In this document: one piece after another, positions 45,540 through 55,373 of the stretch
How the letters are laid out: each line of letters begins with the position of its first letter
Numbering within the stretch: the stretch's first letter is position 1
Source: Trueperaceae bacterium
GTDB lineage: Bacteria; Deinococcota; Deinococci; Deinococcales; Trueperaceae
Length of the DNA stretch: 64,000 nucleotides
Assembly (NCBI GenBank): GCA_965214405.1
Contig: OZ243956.1
Span: forward strand, 192,001-256,000
Direction: 5' to 3'
Position numbers and translations under genes: made by a program
The notes under the pieces: generated by a model
What the model was told of the DNA's origin: nothing
Seen by the model: the letters and a program-made list of their open reading frames with translations, nothing else
Database searches by the model: none

Positions 45540-47474
45540 ATGACGATGGCGCGACATCCAGAACGCTCAACCGTCCCCAACGCGAGAGCCGTGCCTCACA
45601 AGCAAAGAATCCACACCGCGCCCTCTGAGAGTGGCGAGGCGGTGCTTGGTCGCACGCTGCCCTCGCTTCTCAATGAGGCGTGCGAGAAGTGGCCCAACCC
45701 AAAGGCACTTAACGAGCGTACCGAGGGCGGGTGGCGGTCTCTATCTACCCAGGACTTTAGGCGTCAGGCGCAAGAGGCGGCTTTGGGTTTGCTCGAGCTC
45801 GGCCTAAAGCGCGGCGACCGCGTACTTTTTTACACCCACAGCGACCTGTCGTTCTGCGGGCCCGACATGGCCTGCCTCACCGCCGGGCTCGTGAGCGTGC
45901 CTCTTTACTTAACGCATTCGGAAGGGGCGATTCGCCACATCTTGGGTGAGGCGGAGGCAAAAGCGTTGGTTGTGTCGGATGAGACACTTCTCGCGGAGAT
46001 TAAACCGCTGTTGGACGCGGCGCGGGGGCTGGAAACCGTCATCCTGATGTGTCCTAAGAACGGGGTTCTTGACGAAACAGAAACCCTCGAGCCCAATCTC
46101 ATCACCTGGGAGCGCGTACTCGAGCGGGGGCGCGCAGCTCATGAAGACATTATGGAAGCCGCCGCGCGCCTCGAGTCCCTCCTCTCCCCCGCCGACCTAG
46201 CCACACTCATCTACACCTCCGGCACCACGGGACGGCCCAAAGGCGTGATGCTCTCGCATGAAAACCTAAGCTACAACGTGCTCACCGCCTTTTCTGGTTT
46301 GCCGGACATCAAGCCAGGCGAGGAGGTGGCGCTCTCGTTCTTGCCGCTCACGCACGTGTTTGCTCGCGCACTCCACTACGGCTATGTGCAGCGCGGGGTG
46401 GCGGTCTATTTCGGCACGCCTGACAGCCTCCGCGAGGATTTACGCGAGGTCAAGCCGACGCTCTTCGCCTCGGTGCCGCGCGTGTTGGAAAAAGCGTACG
46501 AACGCATCCTGGCCGCGGGCGAGGCATTGACCGGCGTCAAGCGCGGGCTCTTCGACTGGGCCTTGGAGCTTGCCAAAACGTACGACGTGACGCGCGAACC
46601 CGCCGGGCGCTACGCCTGGCAACTCCGGCTGGCCGACCGGCTCGTCTTGTCCAAATGGCGCGAGGCGCTGGGGGGCCGGGTGCGCTATGTGATTGTGGGG
46701 GGCGCGGCCTTGCGGGGGAACCTTGTCAACGTGTTCGGCGCGGCCAAGGTGAACGTGCTGCAGGGCTACGGCCTCACCGAGACGAGCCCGGTCATCACCT
46801 ACAACCGCCCCAACTATAACCGCCCCGGCACGGTCGGCGTGCCCCTGCCCGGCGTAGAGGTGACGCTGAGCAAAGACGGTGAAATTCTAACGCGCGGCCC
46901 TCACGTCATGGGCGGCTACTACAAAAATCCCGACGCGACGGCAAAGGCGATTGACGCGGAAGGCTGGTTCCATACGGGCGACTTGGGCGCCTTTACCGAC
47001 GACGGCTTTCTCAGCATCACGGGCCGCGTCAAAAACATGTTCAAGCTCTCGACGGGCAAGTTTGTCATGCCGCAGCCCTTGGAGGCGAAGCTCGAGGCCG
47101 ACCCCCTCATCGAACACGCACTCGTGGTGGGCGACGGGGAAAAATACTGCGCCGCCCTTCTTTTCGTCAATAAAGAAGCCTTACAAAGTGCCGCGCGGCG
47201 CTGGAGAGATGAAGATGCGGGATTGGGGAGCGAAGAGGCTCGAGCCCACTTCAAAGACCTCATCAAGGCCGCCAACGCCGAGATGCCCCACTGGTCGCAG
47301 ATCAAAAAGGTCGCGCTTATCGAGGGAGACCTTACGATTGACAACGGCCTGTTGACGCCCACGCTCAAAGTGCGCCGCCCCAAGGTCTTGGAAGCCTACA
47401 AGGCGTATCTTGAAAGCATCTACCGGGGCGCGCCGCAGGGGACGCAGGGCGCGGTGCTCGAGATTGAAAGCTAG
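45540..47474 (+). CDS. Long-chain fatty acid-CoA ligase
   Basis: YTSGTTGRPKG, QGYGLTE, GWFHTGD, LTPTLK. Confidence 0.93.
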   Translation: MTMARHPERSTVPNARAVPHKQRIHTAPSESGEAVLGRTLPSLLNEACEKWPNPKALNERTEGGWRSLSTQDFRRQAQEAALGLLELGLKRGDRVLFYTHSDLSFCGPDMACLTAGLVSVPLYLTHSEGAIRHILGEAEAKALVVSDETLLAEIKPLLDAARGLETVILMCPKNGVLDETETLEPNLITWERVLERGRAAHEDIMEAAARLESLLSPADLATLIYTSGTTGRPKGVMLSHENLSYNVLTAFSGLPDIKPGEEVALSFLPLTHVFARALHYGYVQRGVAVYFGTPDSLREDLREVKPTLFASVPRVLEKAYERILAAGEALTGVKRGLFDWALELAKTYDVTREPAGRYAWQLRLADRLVLSKWREALGGRVRYVIVGGAALRGNLVNVFGAAKVNVLQGYGLTETSPVITYNRPNYNRPGTVGVPLPGVEVTLSKDGEILTRGPHVMGGYYKNPDATAKAIDAEGWFHTGDLGAFTDDGFLSITGRVKNMFKLSTGKFVMPQPLEAKLEADPLIEHALVVGDGEKYCAALLFVNKEALQSAARRWRDEDAGLGSEEARAHFKDLIKAANAEMPHWSQIKKVALIEGDLTIDNGLLTPTLKVRRPKVLEAYKAYLESIYRGAPQGTQGAVLEIES

Positions 47475-47489
47475 AAACGTTAAGGAGAC

Positions 47490-48845
47490 GTGATGATTAA
47501 AGACATGGGCCGGATGGCCGCGCTTATGGGTAAGCTCGACATGAAAAAAATTGACGAGCTTTCTCAAAAAGTAGACCTAAACGAACTGGTGAGCATGGTG
47601 GCGTCTTTGGACGAGGCCACACTTAAAAGCATGATGAAACTAGCGCAGCCCAAGAGCAAACCGCGCGCGCTGCCGCCCGTCAATGGTGACTTCTACGGCA
47701 TCTCGAGCCTCCTGACCGAGCGCCAGCGTGAGGTTGCGGCGCGGGTGCGCGCCTTTATGGAGCGCGAGGTGCAACCCATCATCAACGACTACTGGCAGCG
47801 CGACACCTTCCCCAAGGAACTGTTGCCCAAGTTCCGCGAGCTCGACCTCATCAAAGAAATCTTTGACGAGAACGGCGAGCGCACCCCCGACGCCTCGGTG
47901 ATTGAGGGCATTGCGACGATGGAGATGGCCCGGGTGGACGTGTCCACCGCGACCTTCTTCGGCGTTCACGCGGGGCTGGTGCTGAGTAGCCTCCTCGTCG
48001 GCGGTTCAGAAGAGCAGAAGCTCGAGTGGGTGCCCAAGCTGCAACGGATGGAGCTCATCGGCGCGTTCGCCTTGACCGAACCCAAGGTGGGTTCGGCGGT
48101 GGCGGGCGGTTTGACGACGACCTGCCGCCGTGAAGGTGATGACTGGATTCTCAACGGACAGAAAAAGTGGATCGGCAACGCAACCTTCGCCGACGTGGTG
48201 GTCGTGTGGGCGCGCGACGAGGCGGACGGGCAGGTCAAGGGCTTCTTGGTCACCACCGACAATACCGGTTACCGCGTCGAGAAGATGACGGGCAAAATCG
48301 CCCTGCGCGCCGTCGAGAACGGCCTCGTCACCCTCAGCGACTGCCGCGTGGAGGAGCGTAACCGCTTGCAGAACGCGCATTCTTTCCGCGACACCGCCGA
48401 CGTGCTGCGCATGACCCGCGCCGGGGTGGCCTGGCAGGGGGTGGGCTGCGCGATGGGGGCGTACGAGCGGTCACTCGAATACGCCCAGACCCGTGAGCAG
48501 TTCGGGCGCGCTATCGGCAACTTTCAGCTCATCCAGAACCACCTGGTTCATATGCTGGGCGACGTGACCTCGATGCAGACGATGTGCCTGAGACTTTCGC
48601 AGATGCAAGACGCGAGTGAAATGCGCGACGAGCACGCCGCCTTGGCAAAGGTCCACACCGCCGCGCGCTGCCGCGAGGTGGTCGCCAGGGCGAGGGAGCT
48701 TCACGGCGGCAACGGCATTTTGTTGGAGCACGACGTCGCCCGCTTTTTTAGCGACACCGAGGCCATTTACTCGTACGAAGGCACCAACGAGATCAACACG
48801 CTCGTCGTCGGGCGCGCCATCACTGGCTTTAGCGCGTTCGTTTGA
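47490..48845 (+). CDS. Acyl-CoA dehydrogenase
   Basis: [32 protein letters not shown]. Confidence 0.93.
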   Translation: MMIKDMGRMAALMGKLDMKKIDELSQKVDLNELVSMVASLDEATLKSMMKLAQPKSKPRALPPVNGDFYGISSLLTERQREVAARVRAFMEREVQPIINDYWQRDTFPKELLPKFRELDLIKEIFDENGERTPDASVIEGIATMEMARVDVSTATFFGVHAGLVLSSLLVGGSEEQKLEWVPKLQRMELIGAFALTEPKVGSAVAGGLTTTCRREGDDWILNGQKKWIGNATFADVVVVWARDEADGQVKGFLVTTDNTGYRVEKMTGKIALRAVENGLVTLSDCRVEERNRLQNAHSFRDTADVLRMTRAGVAWQGVGCAMGAYERSLEYAQTREQFGRAIGNFQLIQNHLVHMLGDVTSMQTMCLRLSQMQDASEMRDEHAALAKVHTAARCREVVARARELHGGNGILLEHDVARFFSDTEAIYSYEGTNEINTLVVGRAITGFSAFV

Positions 48846-48863
48846 GTTTCACCGGGCAACAAG

Positions 48864-48894
48864 AAAAGGGGAGCGCGTCAAGCGCTCCCCTTTC
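48864..48894. terminator. Bidirectional intrinsic terminator
   Basis: AAAAGGGGAGCGC/GCGCTCCCCTTT between convergent genes. Confidence 0.85.
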
Positions 48895-48916
48895 GCAATG
48901 TTCTGTCTAAGTTCCT

Positions 48917-49123
48917 TTAAGAATCGCCTATCGTAAAGGAAACTTTTGCGTTGATGCGGTACTGGGTGATTTGGTTGTTCTCCACCACCGCCTGCATCTC
49001 TTTTACATAAATCGACTCGATGCCCCGCACCGACTTGGCGGCCTCGTCAAGCGCCACTTTTACGGCGTCGTCAAAGCTCGTCGGCGACTGCGCCAAAACT
49101 TCGATCACTTTTACAACGGACAT
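48917..49123 (-). CDS. Dodecin family protein
   Basis: MSVVKVIEV...SFDDA...YRINAKVSF. Confidence 0.88.
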   Translation of the reverse strand: MSVVKVIEVLAQSPTSFDDAVKVALDEAAKSVRGIESIYVKEMQAVVENNQITQYRINAKVSFTIGDS

Positions 49124-49379
49124 GGGTTCTCCCCTCCGGTTGAGGCGCGTACGCCTCCCCTTGTAAATGACAAACTTCCCGTGCTGCTTTACCCAAACAG
49201 CCTTCACGGTTTGTCCTCTGCATCCTAGAGGCTGCGTCTGGCTGGGTTATGTGACGCGGCCTGCAATCGGGCGTAACGGGCTTGGCGGTGGTGCTTACTC
49301 GTTCAAGCTCCACCACGTGTCTCAGGTGAAATCGTATAGAATGGCTCCGTACCACCGCACCTTCTCGGGGGGAAACGGC

Positions 49380-50027
49380 ATGGCGCTTTTCAAAAACCGC
49401 AGTGACGCGGGCGCGACGCTCGCGGCCAGGGTGGCGTCAGTTGGGTATGGCCCGGACGCGCTCGTTTTGGGCTTGCCAAGAGGCGGCGTGCCCGTCGCCT
49501 TTGAGGTGGCGGAGGCGCTGGGCGCGCCCTTGGATGTGTTTGTGGTGCGCAAGCTCGGCGTGCCGGGCCGCGAGGAGCTGGCGCTGGGGGCCATCGCCTC
49601 GAGCGGCGTGCGGGTGCTTAACGAGGACATCATCGACAGTTTGCGCATTTCAAAAGAGGACATCGCGCGCGTGGCCGAGCGGGAGGGGCTCGAGCTAACG
49701 CGGCGCGAACAGCTCTACCGCGGCGAGCGTCCCTTTCCCAATATGGAGGGTCGCACGGTCATCCTAGTGGACGACGGTCTCGCCACGGGCGCGAGCATGA
49801 GGGCGGCGGTGGCGGCCTTGCGGCAAAAGAAACCCGACCGTATCGCCGTCGCTGTGCCCGTGGCCGCGCCCGAGGTCTGCGCCGAGTTTAGGCGTGAGGT
49901 CGACGAGATTATCTGCCTGGAAACGCCGCAGCCCTTTTATGGGGTGGGGATGTGGTACGGCGCTTTTCCGCAAACGAGCGACGAAGAGGTGCGCGAGTTG
50001 CTGGGGCGGTCTTTGCAAAAAGGGTAG
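49380..50027 (+). CDS. Phosphoribosyltransferase family protein
   Basis: LPRGGVPV, VILVDDGLATGAS. Confidence 0.9.
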   Translation: MALFKNRSDAGATLAARVASVGYGPDALVLGLPRGGVPVAFEVAEALGAPLDVFVVRKLGVPGREELALGAIASSGVRVLNEDIIDSLRISKEDIARVAEREGLELTRREQLYRGERPFPNMEGRTVILVDDGLATGASMRAAVAALRQKKPDRIAVAVPVAAPEVCAEFRREVDEIICLETPQPFYGVGMWYGAFPQTSDEEVRELLGRSLQKG

Positions 50028-50053
50028 AGACGACGCATGAATTTCGGGGGAAA

Positions 50054-51367
50054 ATGAGACGGAACGGGTTCGAAAACAGCGATGTACTGGCCCAAAGGGT
50101 ACGGGAACTTGCCCGGCCTCTGGAGGACGTGGGCGATCTGGAGCCGCTTTTAGAGCGCATCGGCAACGCCAAATACGTGCTCCTGGGCGAGGCCTCACAC
50201 GGGACTTCCGACTACTACACCTGGCGCGCGCGCCTGTCAAAGCGGCTGATTGAGGAGAAGGGCTTTTCGTTCGTGGCCGTCGAGGGCGACTGGCCCGATT
50301 GCACCCGCGTTAACCGCTTCGTTAAAAGCTTTGAGGGAAAAAGCGCACGGGAGACGCTTCACGCTTTTTCTCGCTGGCCCACCTGGATGTGGGCGAACTG
50401 GGAAGTCGTCGCCTTTACCGAGTGGCTGCGGGGGCACAACGAAGGGCTCTCCGATGATGACAAAGTGGGCTTTTACGGCCTCGACGTCTACAGCCTCTGG
50501 GAGTCGTTGGAGGCGGTGACGGATTACCTCAAGCGCACCAACCTGGGAGCTTTAGAGGCCGCCAAACGCGCCTACCGGTGCTTCGAGCCTTATCAAGAGG
50601 ACGCGCAAGACTACGCCCACGCCACCGCCTTTGTCCCAACCTCGTGCGAGGCCGAGGTGGTGGACCTGCTCACCACGCTGCGCCGCAACGTCAAGGCGGA
50701 TGAGGGCGACAGTGAAGCCCGTTTCAACGCCGAGCAGAACGCTCGCGTGGCGGTGGACGCCGAGCGTTACTACCGCGCCATGATTCGCGGCGGCCCCGAG
50801 TCGTGGAACATCCGCGACCATCATATGGTGGACACGCTGGAGAATTTGATAAAGCACCACGGTCCTGAATCTAAGGCAATTGTCTGGGAGCACAATACCC
50901 ACATCGGGGACGCTCGAGCCACCGACATGGCCGGGGCCGGTATGGTCAACGTCGGCCAACTCGTGCGCCAAAAATACGGTGATGAGAACGTGGTGCTCGT
51001 CGGCTTCGGCTCGTATGAGGGAAGCGTCATCGCGGGCCGAGCCTGGGACGCGCCGATGGAACGTATGCTCGTGCCGCCCGCTCGAGAGGGAAGCTGGGAA
51101 AGCGTGTTGCGCGAGGCCGGAGTGAGCAACGCCCTCTTTATCACCCGCGACCTGCAAGACGAGGCTTTTAGAACCCGCCGCGGCCACCGCGCCATCGGCG
51201 TGGTCTACAATCCCGCGCGTGAACGGTACGGCAACTATGTGCCGACGACGCTGCCGGAACGCTACGACGCGTTTTTGTACCTCGACAAGACCTCGGCGCT
51301 GCACCCGCTGCATATGGAGGAAACGACGCAGGGGGAGCCGTCCGAAACCTATCCGTGGGGGATGTAA
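50054..51367 (+). CDS. Erythromycin esterase family protein
   Basis: LLGEASHGT, VEGDWPD, WNIRD.HM, WEHNTH. Confidence 0.9.
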   Translation: MRRNGFENSDVLAQRVRELARPLEDVGDLEPLLERIGNAKYVLLGEASHGTSDYYTWRARLSKRLIEEKGFSFVAVEGDWPDCTRVNRFVKSFEGKSARETLHAFSRWPTWMWANWEVVAFTEWLRGHNEGLSDDDKVGFYGLDVYSLWESLEAVTDYLKRTNLGALEAAKRAYRCFEPYQEDAQDYAHATAFVPTSCEAEVVDLLTTLRRNVKADEGDSEARFNAEQNARVAVDAERYYRAMIRGGPESWNIRDHHMVDTLENLIKHHGPESKAIVWEHNTHIGDARATDMAGAGMVNVGQLVRQKYGDENVVLVGFGSYEGSVIAGRAWDAPMERMLVPPAREGSWESVLREAGVSNALFITRDLQDEAFRTRRGHRAIGVVYNPARERYGNYVPTTLPERYDAFLYLDKTSALHPLHMEETTQGEPSETYPWGM

Positions 51368-51369
51368 TG

Positions 51370-51396
51370 AAAAGGGCGCTTTATAAAGCGCCCTTG
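51370..51396. terminator. Bidirectional stem-loop terminator
   Basis: AAGGGCGCTTT/AAAGCGCCCTT between convergent genes. Confidence 0.7.
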
Positions 51397-51419
51397 TACA
51401 CTCTTGTAGCTGCTCCGTT

Positions 51420-52532
51420 CTACGCGGGAACGGCACCTCGCAGAGTTTCCATCAAGCTATCAAAAGGCTTGACGAACTTCTCGACGCCCTCTTCTTCCAA
51501 GGCTTGCGTGATTTCGTCTATGTCGATACCCGCTTCGGGCAAACGGGCCATGATGCGCTCTGCGCCGCCTAAGTCCTCCTCGAGCCGCGCCGCCGGGCGT
51601 CCGTGGTCGCGGTAGGCGTCCATCGTCTCGGGCGGCATGGTGTTAATCGTGTCGGGGCCAATTAACGCCTCCACGTACTTCACGTCGCTAAATTCGGGAT
51701 CTTTGGTGCTGGTGCTCGCCCAGAGGACGCGCTGGGTTTTTGCGCCGAGAGACTCGAGCTTCTTGAAGCGCTCCGAGCCGAAAACTTCTTTATAAATTTC
51801 ATACGCAAGCTTTGCGTTGGCAATTGCCACCTCGCCGCGGAGTTCTTTGGCGACCTCGGCTTTGTGGCCCCCCTCTTGAACGGCAGCGTCGAGTTTTTTA
51901 TCGACCATCACGTCGATGCGGCTGAGGAAAAATGAGGCAACCGAGGTAACGTGTGTTAAGTCTTCATCTCTCGCCGCGCGCTTTTCCAAGCCCTCCACAT
52001 AAGCTTCAGCGACCGCGCGGTAGCGCGGCAAACCAAAGAGGAGCGTCACGTTGACGTTGATGCCCTCGTCGATAAGCTGCGTGATGGCGGGCAGTCCCGC
52101 CTCGGTGCCGGGCACCTTGATAAAGACGTTGGGGCGCTCCAACTTGCCCCACAGACGCCGCGCCTCCTCGACCGTCGCCTCGGTGTCGTGCGCCATGCGG
52201 GGCGAGACTTCGAGGCTCACGAAGCCGTACTTGCCGTCCGACTCGTCGTAAAGAGGCCGGAGCACGTCGGCGGCGCGCTGGATGTCGTCGATGACGATGG
52301 CGTCGTAGATGGCATCTACGTCCTTGCCCTCGCCTGACAGGTCGCGGATGACGTCGTCGTAGTCGCTACTGTCGGCGATCGCCTTTTGGAAAATCGCCGG
52401 GTTCGAGGTGACGCCGCGCAGGCCGTCGCGCTCGACCATCGTGGTGAGTTCGCCGCGCTCGAGCATCCCGCGGCTGATTTCGTCCAAATAGACCGACTGG
52501 CCGAAGTCCTGAAGTTTCTTGAGTGGGTTCAT
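51420..52532 (-). CDS. tal: Transaldolase
   Basis: GVTSNPAIF, SLEVSP, FIKVP, NVTLLF, LWASTSTK. Confidence 0.95.
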   Translation of the reverse strand: MNPLKKLQDFGQSVYLDEISRGMLERGELTTMVERDGLRGVTSNPAIFQKAIADSSDYDDVIRDLSGEGKDVDAIYDAIVIDDIQRAADVLRPLYDESDGKYGFVSLEVSPRMAHDTEATVEEARRLWGKLERPNVFIKVPGTEAGLPAITQLIDEGINVNVTLLFGLPRYRAVAEAYVEGLEKRAARDEDLTHVTSVASFFLSRIDVMVDKKLDAAVQEGGHKAEVAKELRGEVAIANAKLAYEIYKEVFGSERFKKLESLGAKTQRVLWASTSTKDPEFSDVKYVEALIGPDTINTMPPETMDAYRDHGRPAARLEEDLGGAERIMARLPEAGIDIDEITQALEEEGVEKFVKPFDSLMETLRGAVPA

Positions 52533-52698
52533 GTTCTCCTCCTTGAAAATGCCTTAGCCTCTAATCAGCTCTAGGATAGGCGTCTCCGGAGAAAATGTCC
52601 ATAGAGCTCACTACGGTTTGGGGTGGGCGACCTTGCAGCCAGTAGTGAGTGGATAGTGATGAGAGCTTAGAAAAGCGGTAAGTCACCCCTATGAATCC

Positions 52699-53592
52699 TC
52701 ACGACCCAAGAGAGGCAAAGGTGTCGCACGCGTTGGGGTCGCCCGTGTCGAAGCCGGTCGTAAACCATCTCATGCGCTGTTCTGAAGAGCCGTGGGTGAA
52801 GGTTTCCGGGTTCACGCTCCCGGTGGCCTGGCGTTGCAAGCGGTCGTCGCCGACGGCGGCGGCGGCGCTCAGGCCCTCTTCTAGGTCGCCGCGCTCGAGC
52901 GCCACATTATCGGTATGATTCACTTGGCCCCGCTCCTGATACGAGCGCCCCCACACCCCGGCGTAGCAATCGGCTTGCAGTTCCAACGCCACCGACAGGT
53001 CGTTGGCCTCGCCCGGATTCGCGCTCTGCAAGCGCCTTACTTCGTCGGCGGTGCCGAGCAAGTTCTGCACGTGGTGCCCGATCTCGTGCGCGAGCACGTA
53101 GGCCTGCGCGAAGTCGCCGGGCGCGCCGTAGCGGCTCCGCAGCGCGTCGTAAAAGGACAGGTCGAGGTAGATGTCTCCGTCTAGAGGACAGTAGAAGGGG
53201 CCGGTCGAGGCGGGCGCGTAGCCGCAGCCAGACTGGACGGCGTCGCGGTAGAGCACCAGCGTGGCGTCTTCATACTGGACACCGCTCCCCTCGAACATCG
53301 CCGCCCACGTCGCCTGCGCGTCGTCGAGCACTGCCGACATAAAATAGACCGTCTCCTCGTTGTCCGCGCTTCCCGTGATGGCGGGCGGCGAGCCTGGATT
53401 TGTGGTGACAGGTCCTGTTGTTCCCGTTCCCCCACCCACGAGGCTGAAAAAGTCCACCCCAAAGACCAGGCTGAGTACCAGCAACACCAAAAATCCCCCG
53501 ATGCCCATCGGCACGCCCACGCCCGAACGGCGGCTCCCGCCCCCCCGGCGGTCCTCTACATTACGGCTGCGTCCTCTATTTTCCCATTTCAT
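52699..53592 (-). CDS. Neutral zinc metallopeptidase (YpfJ-like)
   Basis: GPFYCP.D, AHEIGHHVQ, ELQADC, THGSS.QR. Confidence 0.92.
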   Translation of the reverse strand: MKWENRGRSRNVEDRRGGGSRRSGVGVPMGIGGFLVLLVLSLVFGVDFFSLVGGGTGTTGPVTTNPGSPPAITGSADNEETVYFMSAVLDDAQATWAAMFEGSGVQYEDATLVLYRDAVQSGCGYAPASTGPFYCPLDGDIYLDLSFYDALRSRYGAPGDFAQAYVLAHEIGHHVQNLLGTADEVRRLQSANPGEANDLSVALELQADCYAGVWGRSYQERGQVNHTDNVALERGDLEEGLSAAAAVGDDRLQRQATGSVNPETFTHGSSEQRMRWFTTGFDTGDPNACDTFASLGS

Positions 53593-53634
53593 CCTTCCAT
53601 AGTAGATGAAGCTCACCTTCACAAAGCGACAAAC

Positions 53635-53737
53635 GTCACAGGGGTGTCGATACGAATATGTGGATTGAAAGGTCTTTGGGCGTGGCGCAAGAAGCCGTGG
53701 TTACAGAGGGTGTCGATACGAATATGTGGATCAAAAG
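53635..53737 (+). CRISPR. Orphan CRISPR-like mini-array (2 repeats, 1 spacer)
   Basis: R1 53635-53671 GTCACAGGGGTGTCGATACGAATATGTGGATTGAAAG; 28-bp spacer; R2 53700-53737 GTTACAGAGGGTGTCGATACGAATATGTGGATCAAAAG. Confidence 0.65.
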
Positions 53738-53816
53738 GGCGGCGCCGGGCGGTCTTTTGTACGCACTTCGCAAGCTCCCCCGCATAGCTTCCTCATAAGA
53801 CTTGCTATGATGAATC

Positions 53817-55271
53817 ATGATAACCCTCGAGAAACTCGACAACCCGCTAGAAAACGTCCAGAAGCGCTACCTCACGGACGCGTGGCGCGAGGCGCGAAAA
53901 ACGTACACGATTTACAACCCCGCGAACGGCGACCGTGTCGCCGAGGTGGCCGACTGCGGCGAGGCCGAGGCGGTGCGGGCGGCGGAAATAGCCACGGAAG
54001 CGTTCGAAAGCTGGCGCAACACCACCGCGTTCGAACGTTCCACCCTGCTGTTGCGCTGGCGCGACCTCATCATGGCGCACCAGGAGGAACTGGCGCGCAC
54101 GATGACGTGTGAAATGGGCAAGCCCATCACCGAGGCGCGCGGCGAGGTCGCCTACGCGGCGGGCTTTATCACCTGGTACGCAGAAGAGGCCAAGCGCGTC
54201 TACGGCGACACGCTGCCGAGCCACGCAGCCAATAAGCGCTTGTTCGCCATTAAACAGCCCGTCGGCCCGACCTTTGCGGTTACGCCCTGGAACTTTCCCG
54301 CGGGGATGGTCACGCGCAAGGCGGCCCCGGCCCTGGCGGCGGGTTGCACTTTTATTCTCAAACCTGCCGAGCAAACACCCTTAAGCGCACTCCATTTGGC
54401 CGCGCTCTGGGAGGAGGCGGGCGGCCCGGCGGGGACGCTGCAAGTCCTGCCGACCCTCGACCCAGGCCCGGTGGCGAACACGCTCATCGACGACCCGCGC
54501 ATCCGCAAGGTGACCTTTACGGGCTCGACGGAAGTGGGGCGGATGCTTTACGAACGTTCGGCGAAGACGATCAAGAAGATTTCCTTAGAGCTCGGCGGTC
54601 ACGCCCCTTACCTCATCTTTGAAGACGCCGACGTGGACCAGGCCGTAACGGAAGCCGTCGCCTGCAAGTTTAGGAACACGGGCCAGACCTGCGTCTGCAC
54701 GAACCGCATCTACGTCCACAGCTCTCTTCTAGAAGATTTCACCCGCCGCTACACGAAGGCGGTGGAGGCGCTCACCGTGGGCGACCCGCTTTCCGACGGC
54801 ACCCAAATCGGCCCCCTGGTCGATGAGCAGGGTTTCGAAAAAGTCAAAGCGCACGTCAAGGACGCGCTCGACAAAGGCGCGACGCTCGTGACGGGCGGTC
54901 ACGCGTTGGACGGGCTGTTTTTCGAGCCCACCATCCTCGCGGGCGTGACCGAGGACATGCAGCTTATGCAAGAAGAAACCTTTGGGCCGGTCGCGCCGAT
55001 TCTCTCGTTTGATGACGATGACGAGGCGGTGCGGCTTGCCAACAACACGCCCTACGGACTCGCCGCCTATATCTACACGAACAACCTTACGCGGGCGTTT
55101 GAGGTCTCAGAAAGGCTCGAGTACGGCATCGTCGGCGTGAACGACGGGGTGCCCTCGACGCCGCACACGCCCTTTGGCGGGGTGAAAGCGTCGGGTATCG
55201 GGCGCGAGGGGGGCAAGTGGGGCATCGAGGAGTATTTAGAGGTCAAATACATTTCGATGGCGTTACGATAG
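53817..55271 (+). CDS. gabD: NAD(P)-dependent succinate-semialdehyde dehydrogenase
   Basis: TPWNFP, FTGSTEVG, LELGG, KFRNTGQTCVC, EETFGP. Confidence 0.9.
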   Translation: MITLEKLDNPLENVQKRYLTDAWREARKTYTIYNPANGDRVAEVADCGEAEAVRAAEIATEAFESWRNTTAFERSTLLLRWRDLIMAHQEELARTMTCEMGKPITEARGEVAYAAGFITWYAEEAKRVYGDTLPSHAANKRLFAIKQPVGPTFAVTPWNFPAGMVTRKAAPALAAGCTFILKPAEQTPLSALHLAALWEEAGGPAGTLQVLPTLDPGPVANTLIDDPRIRKVTFTGSTEVGRMLYERSAKTIKKISLELGGHAPYLIFEDADVDQAVTEAVACKFRNTGQTCVCTNRIYVHSSLLEDFTRRYTKAVEALTVGDPLSDGTQIGPLVDEQGFEKVKAHVKDALDKGATLVTGGHALDGLFFEPTILAGVTEDMQLMQEETFGPVAPILSFDDDDEAVRLANNTPYGLAAYIYTNNLTRAFEVSERLEYGIVGVNDGVPSTPHTPFGGVKASGIGREGGKWGIEEYLEVKYISMALR

Positions 55272-55373
55272 AGGCAGGGCGGTAGAGGCAGAACGGTAGG
55301 GGCAACGTTAGAAGGAGAACGTCTCAGTACGCGCTCGTCTTACGGCTCATCTTGCGGTGGGTTAAGCTTTGTC

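Noticed and set aside
50054..51367. Calling the erythromycin esterase-family gene (or vanZ at 11274) an antibiotic-resistance determinant
   Set aside because: Both families are widespread with unrelated or unknown functions, and there is no mobile context.
55271..55311. Imperfect ~14-bp tandem repeats after gabD
   Set aside because: Short, degenerate and without spacers; not CRISPR.
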